From the human T2T-CHM13v2.0 reference genome, Homo sapiens: DNA of 64,000 bases. The notes under the pieces are model-generated. The model ran no database searches and was not told the DNA's origin. It was given only the letters and a program-made list of their open reading frames with translations. The translations under genes and the position numbers were made by a program. Positions 20,814 to 58,630 of the stretch are shown here, in pieces; the first letter of the stretch is position 1, and each line of letters starts with the position of its first letter. Location of the stretch: NCBI RefSeq assembly GCF_009914755.1, contig NC_060929.1. One strand, 5' to 3'.

Positions 20814-23325
20814 TTAACCTCTAGTGCAGTTTCCTATAGAAAGGCAATTTTATAATTACAGGAAAAAACAATACAGTAAAAGGAGCTAATCTTTTGTAAA
20901 TCTTTAGTAAGTGTCTCCATATTGTGCTGCCTTTGCTAATAGGCAGTGGGGCCCATGTGAATGAGCCTTTAAAAGTGGCTTGTACATCTTATGTTCAGCA
21001 TTGACATGATAGAGGAACTGTTTTCATTAATGCTTTTTCAACAATGTTGCCACATCTGGTTTCTCCCAACTTTGTTCTAATAAAACCATTTTTAAGAATT
21101 TGGTTTATTTGTGGTTTAATCCAAAATCTAACTTAAGTTGCTTTTCACTAATTTTACCCTAATATCCTTGATGGAGCTGCATTTTACGTTGAAACTGAGT
21201 ATCTTAAAACTACTAAGGTGGTTATGGAATTACACGTTGTCATGGGATTTACATTGTTTGTCTTGACTCTTTTCTGAGTTTTTCTGACATTCATTTTCTG
21301 TTTGTCTTAAGGTTATCCTTTACCTTTGCTTCTCTTAACTTTTTCCTTTTGTTGATCCACTGTTTTCCTATGAGCTACCAAAAAATGTAATTCAGAGCTC
21401 TGTAGTCTAACAGTCACATTTCCTTAAAATATGGCCGTTTTAAAAATTTTAAACATAATTGTAATACCATTATATAATTTCTCTTAGGGAAAAAATAATT
21501 CAAAAGACTGACTTTTCAGTAATGCAAAGCTTTGGCTACAACATGAAGGTCAAAGCTGCAATTAATAACCCTGATACTTCAACATTTTTATTTTGAAAAA
21601 CCCTCTAAAGGATTTGATTTGTAAAAATATGTGTGAAAATTTAGAGGGTCCACCACCATTTACATAGCATCTCAGCCGCCATTCTGTCTGGCATTTATAA
21701 GACATATCAAAGAAACTTTCATCTGAAGAAGTCCACTTATTCTCGTCTTTATTAATCTTAAAGCTTAAGTAGTTTACATAGTGGATCTTGTCTAGAACTA
21801 TTAATAGTTTCTTTGGTGTATTTTCTCAAATTCATCTTTCTTGGTGTGCAAAAACATCTTCCTGTAACTCCAGCCACCTCTTATAGCATTTCTGTGTCTT
21901 TTAAAACTTGATTATATCTATTTTTTAAAATCCAGTCTAAATCTTTCTTGCCTGCAACTTTTTTTATACTTCCTTTGCCACTGTATTTGTCCATTGTATC
22001 CTTGCTTTAATCTATCATTGGTGAAATTGATCCTGTAATAGACTTGTAACTACTGGATATTGTCTGGTTTTACTGTTAAAGTTTCACATATTAAGCTACC
22101 AGTGCTGAGTGTATTGGTGATCAAAAAATAGAAAATTTAAGCAATGCCTCATAGAATTCTGTACCAAACAACTTCAGATTTACCTCTGTATGTAGTTGTG
22201 ATTATAAAATTGTTTCACTGAAGATGTTATGTATATCTTTCAACTAATATTTTATGACAATCGTGATATAAAAGATTTGGAAATTCTTATGTGACAGTTT
22301 CTGAGGTACAACAATAATGATTTAAGAAAGAAAACAATTTCATCTAGAAACACGTCTTGGGGGATCATAATCAGAACATAAATTTACCAGGTGATTTGGG
22401 CTATTCTTGTGAAAAGTTTACAGGAAACTGTGTAACCAAGATCTCATTTTCATTTTTACCTGTTTTGTGCTCTAGATGTGCTGTAGCCCTGAGCATTAAA
22501 TGAGTACTGATGGATGCTGATTTGGGGAGTTCCCTTCTTTAAATCACCTGTATTTCCTGTACCTAGGTTTTTTCTTGGGAGGGCTCCTATTCCTGTACTG
22601 ACCAGAGTTAGTTCTCCTTACTTTAAAAGACTAGATATGAAGTAAACACTGCCTGATGTAGGATGGTCAGTAAGAAGGCAATTAGTTGTATAACTTAAAT
22701 TTGGGCAGCAATCCTTAAAACTATAGGAAATGACTTATTTTTCTTATTCACATCTATCTTCACCTCAAATTGATTTTGCTGTATAAAGGTCTCAGCTATT
22801 ATGTTTGGTCTTATATCTTACATTAGGTACTTGAAACCTAAGCTTCATTTACTTGTGATTTTACTTGGTTCTTTCTGATAGTGATAATAGGTCTCATTTT
22901 CCAAAGCACAGTACAACTGATTCATCTTTGACTTGCTGACCTTGATTTTTTTGTTTTTAGTCTTCTGGAACTTAAGCATCATACTATAGGGTGTATTTTT
23001 ATTCTTCTAAAAGAAGAAACCCATCTATATTTTTACTGAAATTTTGATGTACTCAGACATCTAACCTTTCAATTTACATGTTTTTAAACTCAGTATGAAA
23101 GTCCCTTTAATAGTTAAGCTTTAGCATGAAATACTACTTTTTAAATATCTATATGCAGGCTCTGCATACATCAGGAATCTGTTTAAGATATGTAATAAAT
23201 TCCTTGTAAGTTTGAGATCTTAAATGTTTTTTTTTTAAATCAACATGATGCATAAGTTTTTTTTTCTTAAAAAAACGGCATCTGCTTAAAGGGATTTATG
23301 ACTAAAATTGCTTATTTTTCTACAG

Positions 23326-45461
<22,136 letters not shown>

Positions 45462-46730
45462 GATGTGCAAGGAGATTTAATGATTTCAAAGAAAATAATG
45501 GTTCTTTGTTTTTAATGTTAACCTTTTTTAAATACAATACTGATAGTTAGAAGAAAACTATTGTACTCTTTTGTTTTAGTGGAGAAATAATAGATGTCTG
45601 TTCATGTGTTAAGTGTTATAGCAAAAAAAATACACATATGGTTAAGTTAATGAATAGTTTTTGTTTTATCAGAATGGCAACAGACAGAAGTACTTTGTAG
45701 AGATTGACTTCCTAAGCTACTTAAGACAACTTGCACCACTAAGAAAAAAATGTAGAACCATTTGGAAAAATGAAATTTAGTAGTTCCAAGTTTCAAAGAA
45801 ATGTCAACATTTTATTCCATTCAATAAAGAACAAAACCAATAGTGTTTTTATTACTTTCATCTGAAACATTCCATGTTTTAATCTGAGCCTTGCAGACTT
45901 TCATTTGGAGTTTGAACCCGTTTTGGTTGCATTTCATTTTTGGAGAACTTAATTAACGTGAGATTGGCAATTGAAATGCAGGTGCAGTTTTCTGTTAATG
46001 TCATGCTGTTGTTTAGGTAATAAGAAATATTAAGTAATTGGCTTTAGATTTTGTAATTTTTTTCCCTGAGTTCCTGCTAGATTTCGTATTCTAGTAGTCA
46101 ATGTATTTTCAGTGAAATGCAAAAATATTCCCATTATCTTTGACCAGTATTAATTTTTGAGATCTTACTGCTTGTCACTTGAATCCCGTGATTGTCATAC
46201 ATCTCTGGTATAAGCAACATTTGATTTTTGAAGTGTGTAGACCATCTCTTCATATTTTCAAGATGTAATTTTACATTTCTGCATTTTTAAAACAGTTTGG
46301 CCATAATCCTAGATGCACGCTTCTAATTCATGTACCTGCACATGTGACCTTTGTGAACAGAAATTTGCATGTATAATTTGTGTTTACTTGTAACTTTCTG
46401 GTTATATACTGCTTATATCTGTGGATTCAAGTTACTGAAGTGAATACCAATAAAAAGAAAACCCTAGGCCATGTTAATTGGTTATACATGTTTGGAATGT
46501 TAACCAACGTATTTGTCAGTTGTGGTTTTTATTCGCTCTTAAACTTTGTGCATGCTTTAACAATTTATTACTTTTAAATCTAGAGTGAATTCTAAAGACT
46601 GCCGCTAAAGATCTGAGTTTTAAAAATGTTGTTGCTGGTGGATTTCTTGTTCCTGTTACATAACTAAAAGTGAGGCCATTTGTGGTTTTTAAAAACCTTA
46701 TGAATTAAAAATGCTACAGGTGAACAAACA
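45462..46730 (+). other. MATR3: MATR3 3' UTR with tandem poly(A) signals (longer forms may extend further)
   Basis: Repeat-free AU-rich sequence; AATAAA at 45823-45828 and 46449-46454, ATTAAA at 46704-46709. Confidence 0.75.
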
Positions 46731-48866
46731 GAAGCTTATGTTTAGAGAGATTGATGACTTAACAGTACAATTGGAAGTAATACGGATGAGCAAGAATTAG
46801 TTCTGCAGCTTTTCAAAATAATTACGTAGAGACTCTTGGTATATTGGATTATCTGTTGTAAACAATTTTTTTTTCTTCCCTGACACAGGGTCTCACTCTG
46901 TCACCCAGACTGGAGTGCAGTGGCACAGTTCTCTGCAACCTCAGCCTTTGGGCTCAAATGACCCTCCTACCTCAGTCTCCTGAGTAGCTGGGACTACAGG
47001 CTCATGCCACTATACCTGGCTAGTTTTTGGTTTTTTTGTATAGATGGGGCTTTGCCATGTTGCCCAGGTTGATCTTGAATTCCTGGGCCCAAGTGATCTG
47101 CTCGCTTCAGCCTCCCAAAGTGCTGGGACTGTAGGCATGAGCCACCATCCCTGGCCAAGAAACAAAGTTTTAATTTCAAAAAAATCTACAAAAACAGGAT
47201 AGGCATTGTCTTTCAAATGTTCAGACCCCAGTTTATTAAAGGATACTTCAAATAGTTGGCTAAATTTTATGATCTCTCCCGTTGAAAAGTAGGTGATGAT
47301 TTTAATGTGACATGCACAAAAAATCCTTGCCAGTTTACTTCTGCAATTTAATTTTAGCCTTTACTAATTACCCACTTCTGTTTAATTCCAATTTTTAACA
47401 GCAGGTACATAAAGCATTATGTGCACAATGGAGTTCTTCAGTGTTTCCTTTCAGTGATGGCTTTTTCATAGCTTCAACTTTGTTGGATTTAGCAAGTTGA
47501 AGGAAAGAATGCTATGTTTTTAATACCTACATTTGAGAGCATTTAGAAATCAGAAATTATAATAAGCTGTTAGTGATAAATCTGTAACAGCCCTTCGATT
47601 ACGAGAAAACCTCTTTTTAGTAGGAATGTTTCCACTCATGTTTGCTGTAAAGTTTAAGAACATTTTTCCTACGGCTATGTCAGCCCTTAGTTTAATCTTA
47701 CATTATCCTACAAAAGTGAATGAAACTTCTAGAAGTACCTTGAGTTTGTTTTACAGTTCTTTTTTATTGACCGATTGCTAGTAAATTTGGGATCTGAGAG
47801 TGTCCTTTATAAGACTTTAATTGGATAGCTGTAATATTGCTTTGAGTATTCCAAAAATAAGTTCATTTGAAATGTTATTCAAGAATATGAATTTCCAACC
47901 ATAGTGTGTGTGCATCAGTACCTCTAGAGATTTATTTATTTATTATTATTTATTTTTTTTTTTGAGACTGTGTCGCCCAGGCTGGAGTGCAGTGGAATGA
48001 TGTTGGCTGAATTCTCCTGCCTCAGCCTCCCAGGTAGCTGGGACTACAGGTGCATAACTGCCATGCCCAGCTAATTTTTCTTATAGAGGCGGGGTTTCAC
48101 CATGTTGACCAGGCTGGGCTCAAACTCCTGACCTCAAGTAATCTACCTGGCCTCCCAAAGTTTTGGGATTACAGGCATGAGCCACCACACCCAGTCCCTC
48201 CAGTGATTTTAAGTGGTAACATCCTGAGGAGCTTTTTAGGAATAGCCATTATTTGAATTCGCTAAGGACAGGTTCCCCTGCCACCTTTTTTTAAGGTGAT
48301 GGGGACTGGAAAAGGAAATAGTAAACTATTGAATGTTGTGGCATGTAGTAAGGTTATACAGGGAGAAGAGTGTACTGAAATTGTTTACTTTAGCTTTGTT
48401 CACAGTGGATTTTTTTTCAGCCTTAAGATTGTGACAAAAGCAGCTCATGGTATGTAATAGAAATCTGCTGGGACACTGCAGAGCAGCATATGGGCTGTTT
48501 AAGATAACTTGCACTAGGACAGAAGCAGCTCTGAGTATAGTCTGTTGGTTGCCTTCCATCAAAAATAAAGTTTAGTGTAGCTGAAAGCCTGGGTATTCTG
48601 TGTTTAATGAGTTTGAGGTTGTTTTATACCCTGACCTCATTGTTGAGCTAGCTGGGTTTGAATTACTCTCCCACTTTGGCCATTAGATGATAAGGTCAAG
48701 ATTCTAAAAATCAACAGTGGTGCACAAATAAATAGTTACAGGAATTATTTTCCTTTAAAATGAATTGTTTTCAGCCAGGCACGGTGGCTCACGCCTATAA
48801 TCCCAGCACTTTGGGAGGCCGGGGCGGGCGGATCATGAGGTCAGGAGATCGAGACCATCCTGGCTA

Positions 48867-49540
<674 letters not shown>

Positions 49541-51305
49541 TTTTACCTGTAACTGAAGATGTGTTGGTGGTAGGTGTTCGTAACCAGATCCTACCTGGCT
49601 TGGTTACTATTGCCTGAGGTACTGATTTTGCTACCCTTTTTAAAGCGTTTAAAATGCAAAATTAGTCACCTTTTTTAAAAAAAAAATCATTTATGGGAGA
49701 CAACCTCTTTCAGAGCCGTAGATACTGTTATCCTTCATTTTTTTGCCAAACATAAAGTTTTGTAATTTTGTTGGGTATGTGGTAAGAAATTGCAAGGCAT
49801 GTTAGTGGAATAGAACTACAACAGGAATTTGCCATTTTGCCTGGCCAAGTGGTTTGTATCTTTTTGTTTTTCCTTAATTTTGCACCCCTCAAGCGCTACA
49901 TAGGAGCTAATGATGATGCTTGATAACAGGTAGTTTGTTGAAATTTAATGTGAATGGAAAAATGGAAATGGTTAATTCTGTCACTGGCAGATCTAACTTG
50001 CTGATGGATCTCAGTTAAAGCACTAGTAATTGGGTAATAGCAGTCTGAAACTTGAGTTTTGTCAAAATAACTCCCTATGGAGGTTAGTTGAAAAAATTCT
50101 TGATGAGAACAGTCGAGAAGTAACATGATTAATTTTGAAGAGAATCAATTATATTTTTTATTTTTTTGAGACATGGTTTTGCTGTTGTTGCCCAGGCTGG
50201 AATGCAATGGTGTGGTCTCGGCTCACTACAACCTCTGTTTCCTGGGTTCAGGCTATTCTCAGCCTCCTGAGTAGCTGGGATTACAGGTAGAGACAGGGCT
50301 TCACTATGTTGGCCAGGCTAGTCTTGAACTCCTGACCTCAGGCGATCGTGGCCTCAGCCTCCCAAAGTGCTGGGATTACAGATGTGAGCCACTGTGCCCA
50401 CCACAATTATGTTAATTTTAAAGGATTTGTCCTTAAAAGTTTTTGGTCGTGTCCTGCCTTTGAAGTTTTCTTGTTTTTTGTTGTTGAGACAGGGTCTCAC
50501 TCTGTCATCCAGGTTGGAGTGCTGTGGTGTGATCATGGCTCACTGCAACCTCCACCTCCCCAGGCTCAGGTGATTCCCACATCTCAGTCTCCACAGTAGC
50601 TGGGGCTACAAGTGCATGCCACCACACCCAGCTAATTTTTGTATTTTTTGTAGAGGGGTTTTGCCATATTGCCCAGGCTAGTCTCTCAAACTCCTGGACT
50701 CAAGTAATCCACCCACCTGGGTTTCCCAAAGTGTTGGGATAACAGGTGTGAGCCACCACTCCTGGCCTCTGAATTGTTAATTCTAGCCTTAGTTGTAATT
50801 TCACACCCAGCACAGTGGCTCAGGCCTGTAATCCCAGCACTTTTGGGAGGCTGAGGCGGGCGGATCACACAGGTCAGGAGTTTGAGACCAGCCTGGCCAA
50901 CATGGTGAAACCCCGTCTTTACTAAAAATACAAAAATTAGTCGGGCATGGTGGTAGGGGACTGTAATCCCAGCTACTTAGGAGACTGAGGCAGGAGAATC
51001 GCTTGAACCCCGGAGGCAGAGGTTGTAGTGAGCGGAGATAGCGCCACTGCACTCCTTCCTCGGCGACAGACTGAGACTCCAGCTCAAAAAAAAAAAAAGT
51101 TATTTCCATACAATTTTAAGAACTCTAAAGTCAAATATATAATTGGGGATATGAAAATTGGTGAAAAGACTAAACGCTTTTAAGGAAGGGGGTAGTCTAT
51201 TGAGTGTAGTACACAAAAGTCAATAAACATCTCACTTCAGCAGGATTTGTATACTTGGGTTGGAAGTACCTGGTATTCGGTACAGGATTAATGACCTTTC
51301 TTTGA

Positions 51306-51477
<172 letters not shown>

Positions 51478-52151
51478 TAGCTGGGACTTACAGGGGCCCA
51501 CCACCTCGTCTGGCTAATTTTTTGTATTTTTAGTAGAGACAGGATTTCACCGTGTTAGCCAGGATGGTCTCGATCTCCTGACTTCGTGATCCACCCCCCT
51601 CAGCCTCCCAAAGTGCTGGGATTACAGGTGTGAGCCACTGCGCCCAGCCTATGAGGAGTTTCTTCTAAGGACCTGATCCAAAAGGGTATACACAAAGAGC
51701 AGCAGGAGTCCTGTCTTTGATTAGGACAAAATGCTTTTCAAGTTTCACTCCTTGCCCCTGCCTATCAAAAACAGGACCAATTTCAGTTGGCTCAACTTTG
51801 ACAGGGTTGTTAAATCAGAAGTAGCGGCTTCTCATTGGCCATTTGGCTTTTGAGATTTAAATGGAAGAGTTTGTTTTCGTACATAATAGGAAAATTCGAA
51901 ACATCACAGAGCAATTAGATCCCAGCTACTTTCGTAACTACCAACTCTACTTATATTGACTTCCTGCCTTTTTTTTTTTTTTCTTTGAGATGGGGTCTGG
52001 CAATGAATGACACAATCATAGTTCACTGCAGCCTCGAACTCCTGGACTCAAGTGATTCACCTACCTCCACCTCTCAAGTAGCTAGGGCTACAGCCATGCA
52101 CTGCCATGCCCAGCTAATTTTTGTAGGGGGTGTGTGTGTGTCTGTGTGTAG

Positions 52152-52301
<150 letters not shown>

Positions 52302-52304
52302 TAG

Positions 52305-52547
<243 letters not shown>

Positions 52548-53352
52548 TGACAAGTGATTAGCCCACCTCGGCCTCCCAAAGTGCTAGGATTACAGGCGCG
52601 AGCCAGTGTACCTGGCCCACCCCCACCTTTTTTTTTAGAGACAGCGTCACCGCCTTACCAGGTTGGGGTGCAGTGGCACACTAGTAGCTCATGGCAGCCT
52701 TGAACTCCTGGGCTCAAGCAAGCCTCCTGCCTCAGCCTACGAGTAACTGGGACTTATAAGAATGTGCCACCACACTTAGCTATTTTTTTACATTCTTTCT
52801 GAACACAGAGTTTTGGTAAGTTTCCCAGGCTGGTTTTGAACTCCTGGCCTCAAGCATTCCTTCTGCCTCGGCCTCCCAAAGTGCTGGGATTATAGGTGTG
52901 AGCCACAGAACCCAGCCTATGCCCTATTTGAATAGGGAAACCTGCTTTATGGTGTGATAGCCTGTGGAAAGGGACTGCAGTTTAAGTGATGATTGGTGTG
53001 AAGGATAGTGAGACTTTCATGATAACTCCTAGTTCATTTTCCTGATTTTGGCTGCTTCTGCTGAAACTCCAAGTGTATCTCTGGCCCATGTTATTTTAAA
53101 AGGCAAGCTTCTAGAGAGGTGAACATGGGGAGAACATGGAAACAACAACAAAAAAAGCTGAGCTGCTCCTGGCTAACATGGTGAAACCCCGTCTCTACTA
53201 AAAATACAAAAAAATTAGACGGGCGTAAAAAAAAGACTCCGTCTCAAAAAAAAAAAAAAAAGGCTGAGCTGCACAAAGTCAGCAGGGAACGGTTTTCCCA
53301 GCTGGAAAAGAGGAATTGCTTCTGCCTTTCCAGTTATTCAGCACGTCTGTAG

Positions 53353-53664
<312 letters not shown>

Positions 53665-54582
53665 TAGCCAGGATGGTCTCGATCTTCTGACCTCGTGATC
53701 CACCCACCTCGGCCTCCCAAAGTGCTGGGATTACAGGCATGAGCCACCGCGCCCACCCGAAGAATATTTTACTTTTTTTTTTTTTTTTGAGACGGAGTCT
53801 TGCTCTGTCACCCAGGCTGGAGTGCAGTGGCGAGATCTCAGCTCACTGCAACCTCTGCCTCCTAGATTCAAGCGATTCTCCTGCCTCAGCCTCCTGAGTA
53901 GCTAAGGTAACAGGTGCATGCCACCACACCTGGCTAATTTTTTGTATTTTTAGTAGAAACTGGGTTTCACTGTATTAGCCAGGATGGTCTCAATCTCTTG
54001 ACCTCGTGATCCACCTGCCTCGGCCTCCCAAAGTGCTGAGATTACAAGCGTGAGCCACCGCGCCTGGCCAAGTTTGGCTCTTTAAGGCCAGGTGAGTTTT
54101 AAACTTCACTAAACAACTTTTTTAGGAAAACCCACCACTTACTGTCTGTGTATCCTTAGTGCCTAGATCAGTGCAGGCATAAGTAGGCATTTTAAAAGTT
54201 GAATAATACTTGATCCCCTCACCTTCTCATTCAGAGCAGGGACCTTTGCTTACCCTGCAGTGTTAGGCCCTTACTCAACCCTACATACCTACGCTAGCTA
54301 GCTACATTCTCTGCCTACCTTGATACAAAGGAGCATAGGAACCATTACTGAAGCACTATAGGAACCTATGTAAGAGTTCATTTTGGGGGGGTGTGTTTTC
54401 TTGTTTATAAATGCAATATGCAATTCAAGCTTTCCTAGAGAATTTAGACAATATTTTTAAAATTCAGAAAATATTGACTCCTTTGAAATCTGACCACCAG
54501 GAAGGCCGGGCACGGTGGCTCACGCATGTAATCCCAGCACCTTGGGGGGCCGAGGCAGGCGGATCACGAGGTCAGGAGTTCA

Positions 54583-54762
<180 letters not shown>

Positions 54763-54783
54763 CTACAGAGCGAGACTCCATCT

Positions 54784-54818
<35 letters not shown>

Positions 54819-55689
54819 AATCTGACCACCCAGAAATACTGCTATTAACATTTTGATGACCATTCTATCAGATACTTGGCATTTATACCTACTCGTGCCT
54901 GTTTACATATAAAATTTTGAAAGATTTTACAAACATGCTGTTTTGCAACCTGCTCTTTTAAAAAGCATTGATATATTCTATATCAATGAATATACATATT
55001 TTAAATAACTATTTTAATGCATCATTATTCATTTAACCAATTTCCTGTTGATAGGCATTTTGATCTTTTGGGTTTTATAACCAGGCTATAAATATTCTTA
55101 CATGTCTCTCTTTACATCTGTCCATTTGGGTAGATTCCTATATTTGGAATGTTTGGGTAAGAAGGTACATACTTTTTACATTATTGATGAGAAATGAGGG
55201 GTCTGTAGGAAGGTGGTAATTTACAGTGGGGGCCTACTCATAGCCATCCTGGGCCTTCTGATTTCTACTTCAACCTCCATCTTAAGATGGTTACTATGTG
55301 AACCAGATAGGTAAATTTTTGCAGTGTTTTAAAACTGGATCTCTCTGTTGGTCCCATTGCAGTGTCTCTCCTTACCATTAGCAAACTTGTTAGCCTTCAT
55401 TATTTTGTTTTCCATGTATAGATCATCACCATCACTATCCAAGTATAATATTGCTACATTGAAGTTTATTTTGCATGTGAGCAGAGTGTCCTTATGTCTA
55501 GAGAATGCCAAGGAAATACTGGGCCCCTGACGCTTAGCCACTGTGGTGAACTCTCAGTGCGATCTGGAAATTGAGATCTTAACCCCTTTGTGTGGGAAAA
55601 ACAGCATTGGCCTTTGAGTGTTTCACATGATTTATCAAATATTTTTTATTACCATTATAACCAGTTAAGTGGCTTGTGTTACTAAATAA

Positions 55690-55953
<264 letters not shown>

Positions 55954-56215
55954 TGATCTGCCCGCCTCAGCCTCCCAAAGTGCTGGGATTACAGGTGTGA
56001 GCCACCGCACCTGGCCTCATGCTTACCTTTTAAGAGAGTCTGGGTTAGGCCAGGCCCTGTGGCTCACGGCTGTAATCCCAGCACCTTGGGAAGCTGAAGC
56101 GGGCAGATCATTTGAGCCCAGGAGTTCAAGACCAGCCTGGGCAATATGGCAAAACCTCATTTCTACAAAAAATTCAAAAATTAGCCAGGCATGGTGGTAC
56201 ACACCTGTGGTCTCA

Positions 56216-56347
<132 letters not shown>

Positions 56348-56808
56348 TCAGACTATATAAATACCTATTTTGTTATGTTCAGACTTCCTCCAGCCTCAGA
56401 TTGATAGCTTATCTTCACAGTTTAGAATATAGATCTGTAAGTGCTGCCAAGGTGGTTGACCCAGGAGCTAGGGCAGAACCATCTGCATTCATTTCTTTGG
56501 GGCTTTGGACTGGCCCAGAAGAGTATTCAGTGAATGAAATAGCTCTGAAGAGGAACAACCCGGTTTCTAAATTCAAGCCTTCCCATGGAGGGAATTTTTT
56601 GTCTTAGTAAATACTACAAGCATATAGTTTTTAAAAGATTCAAATTTTTCAGGAGAAAAGGATAGTTATTTGCACCCATTTCCTAGTCGGTCATTTGCCC
56701 TCTCCAAAGGGAAGAAATTAGTTTGTGTCCCTTTTTCAAAGATAGTATCTACACATTTGAACATCCAGATTTGTAAAACACATACTCTCGGCCGGGTGCG
56801 GTGGCTCA

Positions 56809-57214
<406 letters not shown>

Positions 57215-57649
57215 TCACGGACTACAAAATTCTTGAACCCGGAGGTCACACTTTTCTATCCTGTGTGGACAGGGCATTTCCTCCTTTAGCCACAAAGAAG
57301 TTGCACATGTATTTGTATTTTGCGTTTGCATCCAGCTTCAAAAAGTGTGTTTTTGTGCCTGCACATGTCTGAGTGCGGATGTTTGCATATCATTTAGTAC
57401 GCCTCTGTGATTTCCCTTAGTTTATTATTTTTCTGTGTCAGGATCTTGACGTGACTCGGTGCATGTCGCTGTTTGTGTGACATTGTGTATCATTCTTGGG
57501 GTGTGTATGGGTATGTGTGTGCTATGTCATTACCTAAATATTACGTTTTTGGGGGGGTGTGTGATGTCTGTGAAAGTCCACGCCTGTGTATCTTGTCAGG
57601 GTGCTCTTCAGTCCCCAGCTGCCTCACTCATTGCATATCATCATTCTCG

Positions 57650-58630
57650 GAAGATGGGCGGGTGTGGGAACAGTGGTACGCCCCCATTCCTGCCTTCCAG
57701 AGAGAACGTGCGACAGCGTTCCTGCTACACCCGGCAGCCGGCCGTAGGGGCGCGCTGGAAAGGCTGCTGCGCGTGCACACGTGTGCAGCCTTGGAGACAG
57801 ACTTCGGGGTCGCGCGTTCTCGCGCGCGCTCTCTAGTGGCTTCGGAGGGCAGAGCTGACAGAACAAGAGGGCGGGGTTGGCGGCGACGGAAGTGAAGTCA
57901 CTTCCGGGCTGGGGTGTTTGTTTGGACTGGAGAAGGGAGGCGGCGGGCGAAGCGCACGTCGAGCGGGGGAGCGGCGCTGCCTGTGGAGATCCGCGGAGGC
58001 CGACAGGATTCGTTGGCTGCCGTCCCCGCTGCTGTGCATTGGGTGAGGGGTCCTCTCGGGCAGAGTGGCGACAGGGGTGCGGAGGTCGAGGGACAGCAAG
58101 TCGGCGACGGCAGAGGGGCCTAAAGGGTTCCCTGGGTGGTTGGCCACCGAGTCCATTGCGGCCTCCGTTGTTCATTGCCTCTTTCCACCAAGTCTGAGGG
58201 ATGAGCTTGGGCCGACTTCGTCTCTGTCTTCTCCGAGACATGGCCGTCGCTTTTTTTTCATTGTCATTATTAATGATTTGGATCTCGCAGCTCTCTATCC
58301 GGGTCCTCAGTGGCGCGAGGGTTGCCGGGATAGCACTTTCTCCTGTTCCTCATTCTCCCGGTCCTTTATCCCTCCGCCGGGTACCCTTTCCCCTGCCCCC
58401 CTCCCACCGCCTCGGCAACAAAGCTTATTGTTTCTACCCACTTTACGCCTGCGCGTCGCCACGCGCAGCCCCTACTTGCTGCGCGTGCGCGCCTCAGCCG
58501 AGGCTGGGGTTTGGGGAGAGAGGGGCGGAGGGACTGGCGGGCTCTTGGCGTCTTGGGGGAACGCTGCAACCGTCGACGGGCCTGATCAGAAGATCGTCTT
58601 TCTCCCGTTTCTTCGCCATCGCTACCCCTT
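57650..58630. promoter_or_regulatory. PAIP2: PAIP2 CpG-island promoter
   Basis: CpG-rich. E-box palindrome at 57774-57787, GC box at 57869-57876, inverted ETS pair at 57887-57906, NRF1-like TGCGCGTGCGC at 58480-58490. Confidence 0.88.
57900..58042 (+). other. PAIP2: PAIP2 non-coding exon 1 (TSS approximate); intron 1 runs past the window end
   Basis: Donor CATTGG|GTGAGG; GCTGCTGTGCATTGG matches the recalled PAIP2 5' UTR, and PAIP2 is the known neighbour of MATR3. No PAIP2 coding sequence lies in the window. Confidence 0.75.

Noticed and set aside
57300-57600. TG-rich stretch upstream of the PAIP2 promoter
   Set aside because: Degenerate low-complexity sequence without a consistent repeat unit.
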